A DNA stretch of 64,000 nucleotides from Bryobacterales bacterium (GCA_965219585.1 CBDCOA010000003.1:4898625-4962624); one strand, 5' to 3'. Positions 28,501-39,351 are shown, counted from the stretch's first letter. Translations and numbers: made by a program. Notes: a model not told the origin generated them from the sequence alone.

Positions 28501-28686
28501 GAGGGGTCGGAGCTGCAAGTGCCGATGGCGCGCGTGGTGATCGGCGGGCTGCTGACCTCCACGCTCATCACCCTCGTGTTCATCCCGGTGGTGTACGCCA
28601 CGTTGGAGGAGTTCGCCGAAAAGCTGGCGGGGCGTCGCCGGCGGGGCGTCGTGTCTGAGCCTTTGCAGCCTGCGGAGGGCGATTAA
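25555..28686 (+). CDS. efflux RND transporter permease subunit, paralog 2
   Basis: 1043 aa. Collinear with paralog 1 (SIKRPVTVLMAVMVCLLLGFIAFTEIPVDLMPE; GMLVDNAIVVLENI; VVNNAIVLIDY). Confidence 0.9.
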   Translation: MSLPEFSIKRPVTVLMAVMVCLLLGFIAFTEIPVDLMPEVNYPTLSVTTDYEGVGPEEIETLISRPLEQIVSAAPGVERVTSTSSEGRSSVRIEFVFGTDIEVAADEVRSRLDRGRRTLPDDIEPPTIFKFDVTQFPIMFLTVATDEMDPRELRMFTEKNILYRFERIKGVGQVRVGGGLRREIHIDLNLEKLRALDLSVAQVVNTVRDENLNRPVGPVKEGRFDVLLRTSGEFNNVNQLLDVALASRAGVPVYVRDIAEVDDSHPDIRHYVGVNGSQALRLIMFKQSGSNTVKVSEGIWEEIAEIHRDYPHIRIDKTMDTADFINAAIRNVEAAAAVGAVLAVFVLLLFLRSLSSTLIIGAAIPISVVSTFALMYFNGFTLNIVSFGGLALGVGMLVDNAIVVLENIYRHREEGTESRQAALVGSREVGMAITASTLTTIAVFVPVMFIGGYAAQTFQQLAYVVSFSLLCSLVVALTVVPALCSRRTGTASGGGIRILRYAEQVMVALSRNYSEIIRWSLANRLVVTGLAAGLFVCAIWLTGYVGVELEPQVDEGQIRINLESEPGTRAEVTKEIVDQMEAIIMRDVPEIEYIMTEAGSDSPFRSIATHIGELRITLVDQSQRDRTAREITNMLRPKLMAVAPGVQLRTRISSGNFGRRRGGGDGADDRLQVTIRGYDPDTTANLALQVRDAMLSVDGVEEAQISRRPGTPEMLVRVDRLKAASVGMSVAEVAATLETAVGGRRSTFYREQGDEYDIVVRLREEDRLQLDQVGRIPLRTPQGNLIYANDVVRLNRQEGPVEINRVDQERIVYVSGTIGDRNLGAIIADLRGEVAQINRPDGYEIRFGGEWEDQQESFRELTFAGILALLLVYMVMAAQFESLRDPFIILFSIPLAAIGVVTMLVITETTFNMQGFLGVIVLVGIVVNNAIVLIDYTNQLRRDHGYGIMDSVITAGGRRLRPIMMTTITTILGLTPMALGLGEGSELQVPMARVVIGGLLTSTLITLVFIPVVYATLEEFAEKLAGRRRRGVVSEPLQPAEGD

Positions 28687-28802
28687 TTCGCGGGCCGGGC
28701 GGTTTCTTGCAATTCCCGGTCGCGATCTGATCGCTGTGTTGTGTAGAATCAATGGTGCCCGACCAGCCTCGGGCGTGAAGATTCACTGAAGGAGTACCAA
28801 TC

Positions 28803-29498
28803 ATGAGAACCATCCGTTCGGCCAGCCTAGCCGTTCTCTGCCTCGCTTTGACGATGGGCGCGCTTTCCGCCGCCACGCTGTCCGGTCCCGAGATCCGCGG
28901 CAGCTACATCGAATCGCGCAACGCCGAGATCTACGCCTCGCACTGCTTCGCCAACAGCGAAGTCGGCATCACTGGCGATCTTGCCGTGATGGCGTGGGAC
29001 ATCGAGCAGGGCAGCTTCAAGGGCGTGTCCCTGGCGAATACTAGGGTCGTGGCCGTGGTCAACGCGACGTCCACTATCGGCAATCCGTTCGGCGACGCGC
29101 TCCCGGCGAAATCGATGCTGATCTTCGACGAGGCCACCTCCGTGCTGCAGCGCGGGGCCCTGGCGGCCTTCGTCAAGGCCCAGGCCGGCCCGCTCGTGCA
29201 CAACGTGGTCCACACCGACACGGCCCCGATCGAGATCGATTTCCACGGCAGCCTGCACGACCGCGTGGCGACCCTGCGCGCCGGCGAGATCGTCTCGCTG
29301 GAGACGCGGGAGATCCGCGGCAGCGATTCGCTGTGCCACCTTGACGACATCTACTACGAGCCTCTGGTCGCGCTGGATCACGCCATGCCGGCGTTTGCCA
29401 TCGAGCAGTCCTTCCGCGGCGACGGCCTTGGCCACCAGATGCGCGAGTACCGGCGCTCGAGCGCCTATCTGGGCACCTTCGCCGTCAGCGGAAGCTAG
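28803..29498 (+). CDS. hypothetical secreted protein
   Basis: 231 aa. Signal peptide MRTIRSASLAVLCLALTMGALSA. No family recognised with confidence. Confidence 0.5.
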   Translation: MRTIRSASLAVLCLALTMGALSAATLSGPEIRGSYIESRNAEIYASHCFANSEVGITGDLAVMAWDIEQGSFKGVSLANTRVVAVVNATSTIGNPFGDALPAKSMLIFDEATSVLQRGALAAFVKAQAGPLVHNVVHTDTAPIEIDFHGSLHDRVATLRAGEIVSLETREIRGSDSLCHLDDIYYEPLVALDHAMPAFAIEQSFRGDGLGHQMREYRRSSAYLGTFAVSGS

Positions 29499-29619
29499 GC
29501 CTCCCGCTCACACAGGCTGGATAGGTTCCGTGCCGGGGCCGCCGCTGTCGGCGGCTCCGGCTTGTCCCATTTGTTAGGTGTCGGCCGGACCGGCCGGCGG
29601 AGTTCGCGAGGAGAATTGG

Positions 29620-30258
29620 ATGCGACGCTCGTGCCGCTTTGCGATGGTTCTTGGGGCGCTCGCCCTGCTGCCAGCCGGGCTGGCCCAGAAGTACACGGCC
29701 GAGGGCGGCGCGCCGCTGCCCGCCAGCGTGCCGGAGGCGACGCGCGAGCTGGTGGCCGCCGAGGGTGTCGCCGTCAAGTCTGGCGACGAGGTGGTGATGC
29801 GCTTCTGGATGCGCACCGCACCGTTCGAGGGCGATCCCGCCAGCGGTTTCGGAGTGCGCTTCGACAACGTCCCCGAGGGCGCGTTCCTGGGCGTGCTCGA
29901 GTTCGTGGGGCGGGGCTCGGATTTCCGCGAGCAGTCCGTGCCCGCGGGCGTGTACACCTTGCGCTTCGGCCTGCACCCCGAGGACGGCAATCACATGGGC
30001 GTTGCCGCCAGCCGCGACTTCGGCTTGCTGGCCCCCGTGGAAAAGGACCTGGAGATCACCCGCAACTTCGATTTTGACGGCATCGTGGAATTGAGCGCCG
30101 ATGTCGGCAACCCGCACCCCACCGTCGCGCGCCTCGAGCTGCCGGAGGGCGATCAGGGGCCGCACCTTTGGGAGAACGACTACGAGCACTGGGTGCTCGA
30201 CGTTACGGTGGCCGACACCGTGGTCGGTATCGTGGTGGACGGCCATGCCGAGGAGTAG
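29620..30258 (+). CDS. hypothetical secreted protein
   Basis: ATG 29620 lies within ORF 29578..30258 and is preceded by GAGGAG. Signal peptide MRRSCRFAMVLGALALLPAGLA. No family recognised. Confidence 0.5.
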   Translation: MRRSCRFAMVLGALALLPAGLAQKYTAEGGAPLPASVPEATRELVAAEGVAVKSGDEVVMRFWMRTAPFEGDPASGFGVRFDNVPEGAFLGVLEFVGRGSDFREQSVPAGVYTLRFGLHPEDGNHMGVAASRDFGLLAPVEKDLEITRNFDFDGIVELSADVGNPHPTVARLELPEGDQGPHLWENDYEHWVLDVTVADTVVGIVVDGHAEE

Positions 30259-30288
30259 CCTGCCGCAGGGAGCGGTCTGACGCGAACA

Positions 30289-30298
30289 GTGGTTTTGC
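30289..30298. repeat. target-site duplication of IS copy 2 (inner side), GTGGTTTTGC
   Basis: Identical 10-mer abuts the other IS end at 33042..33051. This is 9 bp plus one possibly fortuitous base. Confidence 0.8.
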
Positions 30299-30315
30299 CT
30301 AGCGACTGGACATAC

Positions 30316-30345
30316 TTGACACAGGCACGGTGTTCTGTGTAGAAC
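30316..30345 (+). promoter_or_regulatory. candidate transposase promoter inside the left IS end (mirror site in copy 1 at 18080..18109, minus strand)
   Basis: Perfect -35 TTGACA (30316-30321), an 18-nt spacer, then TAGAAC (30340-30345). GTG 30353 lies 7 nt after the -10, so the mRNA would be near-leaderless. Confidence 0.3.
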
Positions 30346-30352
30346 GGGAGTA

Positions 30353-32656
30353 GTGCGGGTAGGGCTCCGCATCTTCCGTCCGAAGACGATCACTTGGCTG
30401 CGCGAGGCCTTGCTGCAGGGCCAGCTGTCGCGGGCGGCCTTGGGGCGCGGGGTCTGCGAGCAGGACGACTGGCGCAATCCCAAGGGCGAGTATTGCACGG
30501 CCTCGGCGCGCAAGGCGCTGCCCGAGTTGGCCGCCCAACTGGGCCTGCCGCTGCCGGCAGCCCAGCCGGGGCCGCCCGCCGGCGGCCCACGCTTCAGCGC
30601 GGACCCGTCATTGCCAGCGGCCAGCTTCCGCGGCTCGCTGCAGGAACTCGGCGAGGTGCGCGTGGGTCTGGCCAGTTCCGCCGAGCAGCGGCGGCAGTGC
30701 GCCGCCCTGCTGGACCAGCACCATCCGCTGGGCTCGGCCCGGGCGCCCGGCTGTCGGCTGAGCTATCTGCTCAGCGCCGAGTGCGGGCCGCTGGGCGTGC
30801 TCTCGTTCGTGGCGGCGCCGTTCCGGCTGGGGCCGCGCGATGCCTTCCTGCAGTGGGACGAGCGCACGCGCGGAGCGCACATCGAGCGGGTCCTGAACAA
30901 CGATCGCTTCCTGCTCGTGCCGGGCGTGCAGGTGCCGCACCTAGCCTCGCACGTGCTGGGCAGGGCCATCCGGGCGCTGGCCCGGGACTGGCAACAGGCG
31001 CACGGAGTGCAGCCTTGGCTGGTGGAGACCTGCGTGGACAGCGCGCGCCCGGGCACGAGTTACAAGGCGGCCGGCTGGCAGTGCGTGGGACACACGCAGG
31101 GGCAGCCGCCGGGAGCGGGCGCGGCGGGCGCGGCGAAGGCGGTCTGGCTGCTCGGTTTGGAGCCGGACTGGCAGCCCAAGCTGAGCCAGCAGCCGCAGCG
31201 GAAGCTGGGGCAGTACCCGGAGCTGGTGCTGGAGGAGGAGGCGAACTGGGCGCGCCGGGAGTACCTGCGTTCGGACCTGCCGGACGGGCGCTTGCGCCAG
31301 CGGCTGGAGCAGATGGGGCAGAGCTGGGAGCGGCACCCGGGGGAGGCTCTGCCGGCGATCTTCCCGCACGAGGCGGACCTGCGGGCGGCGACGCGCCTGC
31401 TGCACAATGGCAGGGTGAGCGACAAGGACATTCTGCAACCGCACCGGGAGGCCTTGCTGGAGCGGGTGCAGGTGGAGTCGACGGTGTTGCTGGTGCAGGA
31501 CACCACGACGCTGAACTACACGCAGCTGAAGGATTGCACGAGCGGGTTGGGGCCGTTAAAGGACCGCGCCAGCAGTGCGCGCGGGCTGTTCGTGCACGCG
31601 GCGGTGGGATTCACCGCAGGCGGGCGTCCGCTGGGGGTGAGCGGTCTGGAGCAGTGGGCGCGGCCGTTGCAGGACCCGGGCCGGGAGGCGGAGCGCGAGA
31701 AGGAGAGCCAGCGCTGGTTCCGGGGGTTCGAGCAGGGTCAGGAACTGGGGCGCTGCAGTCCGCAGACGCGGGTCGTGGTGGTGGGCGACCGCGAGAGCGA
31801 CATTTTCGGTTTGTTCGAACAGCAGGCGGAACGTCGGCAGGAGGCCGGGTTGCTGGTGCGGGTGCACTTGGGGCGACAGCGCAAGGTACGGGTGTGGGAC
31901 GCGGCGTTCGCGGCGGAGATGATCCGGCCGATCGAGGCGCAGCCGGACTTCGAAGAGGTGCTGGTGAGTGGCCGCAAGGTGGAGATCGACTCGCAAGGGG
32001 GGCAGCGGGCGCGGGAGAAGCGCACGGCAGTGACGGAGATCCGAATCGGCCGGGTGGAGTTGCTGCCGCCGCAGGGGCAGGCCGGGCAGGCGCAGCCGTT
32101 GCCAGTGTGGCTGGTGCGGGTGCTGGAGCCGAACCCGCCAGCCGGGGAAGATGGCTTGGAGTGGCTGCTGCTGTGCAGCGAGGGGGCGGCGACAGCACAG
32201 TGGGCCGAGCGGATCGTGGGCTGGTACGAGCGGCGCTGGGCGATCGAGGAGTATTTCCGGCTGCTCAAGAGCGGCACGCGGATCGAGGACCGGCGCTTGC
32301 GGGACGCGGAGGCGCTGGGCAAGTGCTTGGTGTTCGACGCGATCACGGCCTGGAGAGTGTTCAGCTTGGACCGCTACGCGCGGGACGCGCCGGACACGCC
32401 GGCGGAGGAGGTGCTCACGGCGGACGAGCTGGCCGTGATCGAGGCCGTGACGGAGGCGGAGCGCTTGCGACCGCCGCGGGAACGCGGCCAGCCGGTGGGA
32501 GCGGGCATTCGCAGTTGGGTGCTGCTGCTGGCGCGCATGCGGGGCTGGCGTCCGAAGAAACACCGGGAACTGCCGGGCAACGAAGTGCTGTGGCAGGCGT
32601 ACCGGCAGCTGCAAACGATGGTGCGCTACCGGCAGACGTTGCGGGGGCCGCCGTAG
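30353..32656 (+). CDS. Tn5-like DDE transposase with N-terminal DUF4338-like extension (767 aa)
   Basis: Residues ~300-767 are collinear with Tn5 Tnp as I recall it (Tnp DNA-binding N-domain, DDE blocks DTTTLNY / GDRESD / RWAIEEYF). Residues 1-~290 carry HHPLGS...NNDRFLLVPGVQVPHLASHVL...DW...GVQPWLVETCVD...GTSYKAAGWQCVGHTQG. Confidence 0.9.
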   Translation: MRVGLRIFRPKTITWLREALLQGQLSRAALGRGVCEQDDWRNPKGEYCTASARKALPELAAQLGLPLPAAQPGPPAGGPRFSADPSLPAASFRGSLQELGEVRVGLASSAEQRRQCAALLDQHHPLGSARAPGCRLSYLLSAECGPLGVLSFVAAPFRLGPRDAFLQWDERTRGAHIERVLNNDRFLLVPGVQVPHLASHVLGRAIRALARDWQQAHGVQPWLVETCVDSARPGTSYKAAGWQCVGHTQGQPPGAGAAGAAKAVWLLGLEPDWQPKLSQQPQRKLGQYPELVLEEEANWARREYLRSDLPDGRLRQRLEQMGQSWERHPGEALPAIFPHEADLRAATRLLHNGRVSDKDILQPHREALLERVQVESTVLLVQDTTTLNYTQLKDCTSGLGPLKDRASSARGLFVHAAVGFTAGGRPLGVSGLEQWARPLQDPGREAEREKESQRWFRGFEQGQELGRCSPQTRVVVVGDRESDIFGLFEQQAERRQEAGLLVRVHLGRQRKVRVWDAAFAAEMIRPIEAQPDFEEVLVSGRKVEIDSQGGQRAREKRTAVTEIRIGRVELLPPQGQAGQAQPLPVWLVRVLEPNPPAGEDGLEWLLLCSEGAATAQWAERIVGWYERRWAIEEYFRLLKSGTRIEDRRLRDAEALGKCLVFDAITAWRVFSLDRYARDAPDTPAEEVLTADELAVIEAVTEAERLRPPRERGQPVGAGIRSWVLLLARMRGWRPKKHRELPGNEVLWQAYRQLQTMVRYRQTLRGPP

Positions 32657-33041
32657 GGGATCGTCAGCAGGAGTGCAGAACGCTCTCCTGGATGCACTGT
32701 CGTGGGTCGGGAATCCTCTCGCCGGCCTTGCTGCGGGCCGCGTCGGGAACCGCTCCTTGGCGCAACTCGAAGCCTGTCCGATGGTCGCCGGTGATCCGTG
32801 TTCCCATCCATTGCGTGACGGCCGCATGGGACCCCTGCGCAACGCAATAACCGGCACGGCAACGCTGGCCGGGCAGCCCCAACCCGGTGCTGCCAGATGC
32901 CTGCGTCTGCCGCACTGCGCCGGTCTGCCTCTTCTCGCCCTCAAGTATCCGGAAAGTCCATTCGGCATCATCTAAACCGAATGTGAGCATCAGCCCACCA
33001 ATGTCTCCAATCTCCCAGCATCAACAATGTCCGGTCGCTAG

Positions 33042-33051
33042 GTGGTTTTGC
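33042..33051. repeat. target-site duplication of IS copy 2 (outer side), GTGGTTTTGC
   Basis: Matches 30289..30298. Confidence 0.8.
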
Positions 33052-33134
33052 AGTCCAGCCGGCCGCCATGTGCTAGGCTGGAGAGACCGCGTCGCGAGTG
33101 GACCCCGCTCGCCGGAAAGCGCCCTTCGGAGCGC

Positions 33135-33165
33135 TTGCACCATCGCGCGCGCGATGCTGTATGAT
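33135..33165 (+). promoter_or_regulatory. candidate promoter upstream of the str operon
   Basis: TTGCAC (33135-33140), a 19-nt spacer, then TATGAT (33160-33165). The spacer is longer than optimal. It would give a ~320-nt leader before rpsL. Confidence 0.25.
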
Positions 33166-33491
33166 GGATTGAGGAAGTGATTAGGGCGCGTTCGCGGGGT
33201 TCCGATTCCGAATCGGAGCCGCGGGGGCGTGTCAGCGCTTGTAGCGTACCGGCCGATCCTGCGGGGCGAGTCCCTTAGGAGCTTGGGCCGGGGGTTGGAC
33301 GGGGCCCGCCAATGGGCCTCGGGGGGTGCCGCCCCGCGCGAGCCGATGCCGAGAAGGTCCCAGTCGGGACTCGTTATGGCAGGGTGAGCAGGGGCTCAAC
33401 TTAGCTTTGCGAATGCGCGGGCAGCGCGTGCGCCATGCACGCGCTCCGGTGCGGACGCAGCGGGCGGTATCGCGGAGAGGTAGCCAGGATC

Positions 33492-33866
33492 GTGCCGACA
33501 TTCAGCCAATTGGTCCGCAAGGGCCGCAAGGCGCCGAAGTACAAGACGTCTTCGCCGGCCCTGCAGAAGTGCCCCCAGAAGCGCGGCGTTTGCACGCGCG
33601 TGTACACCGTCACTCCCAAGAAGCCGAATTCCGCGCTGCGCAAGGTCGCCCGCGTGCGGCTGACCAACAGCATCGAAGTCACCACCTACATCCCGGGCGT
33701 CGGCCACAACCTGCAGGAGCACTCGATCGTGCTCATTCGCGGCGGCCGCGTCAAGGACCTGCCCGGCGTTCGCTATCACGTGGTGCGCGGGACGCTGGAC
33801 GCCTCCGGCGTCGAGGACCGGCGCCAGGCGCGCAGCAAGTACGGCGCCAAGCGCCCGAAGAAGTGA
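33492..33866 (+). CDS. rpsL: 30S ribosomal protein S12
   Basis: GTG 33492 is preceded by GGAGAGG. Sequence [13 protein letters not shown]...[17 protein letters not shown]...[25 protein letters not shown]. Confidence 0.95.
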   Translation: MPTFSQLVRKGRKAPKYKTSSPALQKCPQKRGVCTRVYTVTPKKPNSALRKVARVRLTNSIEVTTYIPGVGHNLQEHSIVLIRGGRVKDLPGVRYHVVRGTLDASGVEDRRQARSKYGAKRPKK

Positions 33867-33886
33867 GCTAGGGAGGGACAGCAGCC

Positions 33887-34357
33887 ATGCCGCGCAGGCG
33901 AGAAGTTCCCGTTCGGGTCCCGGTGCCGGATCCGGTCTTCAACTCGACCTTGGTGTCGAAGTTCATCAACTGCATGATGTGGGACGGCAAGAAGTCCGTC
34001 TCCGAGCGCATCTTCTACGAGGCGATGGAGAGGATCCGCAGCAGCACCGGCGAGGATCCGCTGCCGATCTTCAAGAAGGCGGTGGAGAACGCCAAGCCCG
34101 TGGTCGAGGTGAAGTCCCGCCGCGTGGGCGGCGCGAACTACCAGGTGCCGATCGAGGTCCGGCCCAACCGCCGCCAGTCGCTGGCGCTGCGCTGGCTGAT
34201 CGGAAACGCCCGCAATCGCAGCGAGAACCGCATGGCCGACCGCCTCGGCTACGAGCTGCTGGAAGCCGCGCAGGGGCGCGGAAGCACCATCAAGAAGAAG
34301 GACGACGTCCACCGCATGGCCGAGGCCAACAAGGCCTTCGCGCACTTCCGCTGGTAG
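33887..34357 (+). CDS. rpsG: 30S ribosomal protein S7
   Basis: 156 aa. Sequence [10 protein letters not shown]...DPVFNS.LVSKFIN.MM.DGKKS; conserved position after rpsL. Confidence 0.97.
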   Translation: MPRRREVPVRVPVPDPVFNSTLVSKFINCMMWDGKKSVSERIFYEAMERIRSSTGEDPLPIFKKAVENAKPVVEVKSRRVGGANYQVPIEVRPNRRQSLALRWLIGNARNRSENRMADRLGYELLEAAQGRGSTIKKKDDVHRMAEANKAFAHFRW

Positions 34358-34387
34358 TCCCGAGCCGCAAGTTCAGAGCCACTTCCG

Positions 34388-36478
<2,091 letters not shown>

Positions 36479-36511
36479 GCCTACCAGCACATCTAAGAAG
36501 AGAGGGAAACC

Positions 36512-37699
<1,188 letters not shown>

Positions 37700-37742
37700 G
37701 GCTAGCGCCGCGGTTGAGAGGGCTGGAAGGACAGCGAAAGCG

Positions 37743-38060
37743 ATGCCGAAGGAAAGAATCCGGATCCGCCTCAAGGCGTACGACTCCCGCGTCCTCGACC
37801 AGTCCACTGGCGAGATCGTCAACACTGCGCGGCGCACCGGGGCCCAGATCGTCGGGCCGATCCCGCTGCCGACCGTGAAGAACAAGTACACCGTGCTGCG
37901 CTCCGTGCACACGGACAAGCGGTCCCGCGAGCAGTTCGAGATCCGCACGCACAAGCGGCTGCTCGACATTCTCGAGCCGACGCAGGACACGGTCGACGCG
38001 CTGATGCGTCTCGACCTGCCCGCCGGCGTTGACGTGGAGATCAAGGCCTTCGGCGCGTGA
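37743..38060 (+). CDS. rpsJ: 30S ribosomal protein S10
   Basis: 105 aa. Sequence IRIRLKAYD...LD.S...IV.TA.RTGA...GPIPLPT. Confidence 0.97.
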   Translation: MPKERIRIRLKAYDSRVLDQSTGEIVNTARRTGAQIVGPIPLPTVKNKYTVLRSVHTDKRSREQFEIRTHKRLLDILEPTQDTVDALMRLDLPAGVDVEIKAFGA

Positions 38061-38091
38061 GAGCGGCCCTGGCGCAGGAGAGGATGGAGCG

Positions 38092-38721
38092 ATGGCACCC
38101 GGGATCCTAGGAAAGAAGATCGGGATGACGCAGTTCTTCGACGACGAAGGACGCGTCGTGCCGGTCACGGTGCTCCAGGCCGGCCCTTGCGTGGTCGTGC
38201 AGCGCAAGAACGTCGACCGCGACGGCTACGAGGCGATCCAGGTCGGCTTGGTCGACTTCATGCGCGAGAAGCTGGTCAAGAAGCCGCAGCGCGGGCATTT
38301 CGCCAAGGCCGGCGTGGCGGCCATGCGCTTCCTGCGCGAGTTCCGCCTGGAAGACGGCGCCGAGGGCTTCGAGCCGGGCGACCGCATCCTGGCCGAACAC
38401 TTCAAGCCGAGGGAAAAGGTCAGCATCACCGGGACGAGCAAGGGCAAGGGCTTTCAGGGCGTCGTCAAGCGGCACGGCTTCCGCGGCGGGCGCAAGACTC
38501 ACGGCTCGATGTTCCACCGGGCGCCCGGATCCATCGGCCAGAGCGCTTGGCCGTCGCGCGTCTTCAAGGGCGTGCGCCTGCCCGGCCGCATGGGCGGGGA
38601 TCGCGTCACGGTCAGCGGCCTCGAGATTGTCGAGGTCCACGCTGACGACAACGTCATCTTGGTGCGAGGCGCCGTGCCGGGCCCCAATGGCGGGTACGTG
38701 CAGATCCGGAGAGCGAGGTAG
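38092..38721 (+). CDS. rplC: 50S ribosomal protein L3
   Basis: ATG 38092 lies within ORF 38029..38721. Sequence [33 protein letters not shown]. Confidence 0.95.
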   Translation: MAPGILGKKIGMTQFFDDEGRVVPVTVLQAGPCVVVQRKNVDRDGYEAIQVGLVDFMREKLVKKPQRGHFAKAGVAAMRFLREFRLEDGAEGFEPGDRILAEHFKPREKVSITGTSKGKGFQGVVKRHGFRGGRKTHGSMFHRAPGSIGQSAWPSRVFKGVRLPGRMGGDRVTVSGLEIVEVHADDNVILVRGAVPGPNGGYVQIRRAR

Positions 38722-38727
38722 ACGGCG

Positions 38728-39351
38728 ATGCCGACGGTAGACGTAGTCGATCTGAACAACGAGAAGGTGGACACGCTCGAGCTGTCCGACGCCGTGTTCG
38801 CGGTGGAGGCCAACGAGGGCTTGGTGCACCAGGTGATCGTCGCTTACCAGGCAAACCAGCGCGCCGGCACCCACAAGGCCAAGACGCGCGGCGAGGTGGC
38901 CGGCTCGGGGCGCAAGCTGTGGCGCCAGAAGGGCACCGGCCGCGCCCGCGTCGGCTCGCGCCGCTCGCCGATCTGGCGCGGCGGCGGAACCGTGCACGGG
39001 CCGCGCCCGCGCAGTCACCACCAGAAGGTGCCGCGCAAGATGCAGGTCGCGGCGCTGCGCTCGACGCTGTCGGAGCGCCTGCGGGAGAACTGCATCACGG
39101 TCGTCCGCGACTTCGAGCTGCCGAGCCACAGGACCAAGGAGTTCCGGCTCGCGCTGGAGACGCTCGGCCTGGGGGGCAACGTGCTGGTGGTGGAAAACCA
39201 GCCCAGCCAGAACCTGGAACTGTCGAGTCGCAACCTGCCCGAGGTGAAGCTGCTGCCGAGCTCGCGGCTCAATCCCTATGTCGTGCTCAAGTACAGGCGC
39301 ATCCTGATGTCCGCCAGCGCCGCCCGCGCGTGCAGCGAGGTGCTCGCATGA
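38728..39351 (+). CDS. rplD: 50S ribosomal protein L4
   Basis: 207 aa. Sequence ...[43 protein letters not shown]. Confidence 0.96.
   Translation: MPTVDVVDLNNEKVDTLELSDAVFAVEANEGLVHQVIVAYQANQRAGTHKAKTRGEVAGSGRKLWRQKGTGRARVGSRRSPIWRGGGTVHGPRPRSHHQKVPRKMQVAALRSTLSERLRENCITVVRDFELPSHRTKEFRLALETLGLGGNVLVVENQPSQNLELSSRNLPEVKLLPSSRLNPYVVLKYRRILMSASAARACSEVLA

Larger units (their letters stand above)
30299..33041 (+). mobile_element. IS4-family (Tn5/IS50-like) insertion sequence, copy 2, 2,743 bp
   Basis: Left IR is CTAGCGACTGGACATACTTGA at 30299. Right IR (reverse complement of the end at 33041) is CTAGCGACCGGACATTGTTGA. One 767-aa transposase gene. Flanked by a direct repeat. Confidence 0.9.

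Noticed and set aside
32664-32990. 108-aa and 100-aa ORFs in the IS tail as passenger genes
   Set aside because: Third-position GC (~68-72% by hand count) is far below that of the neighbouring transposase gene. The two ORFs overlap each other on opposite strands. Neither has recognisable motifs or a convincing RBS. The region is treated as non-coding (see finding).
15384-33041. Interpretation of the whole 17.7-kb IS-cargo-IS unit as a composite transposon that inserted here as one piece
   Set aside because: The outermost flanks differ (CCCCCACTG at 15375-15383 versus GTGGTTTTGC at 33042-33051). Each IS has its own matched duplication, so the two IS copies inserted separately into resident DNA.
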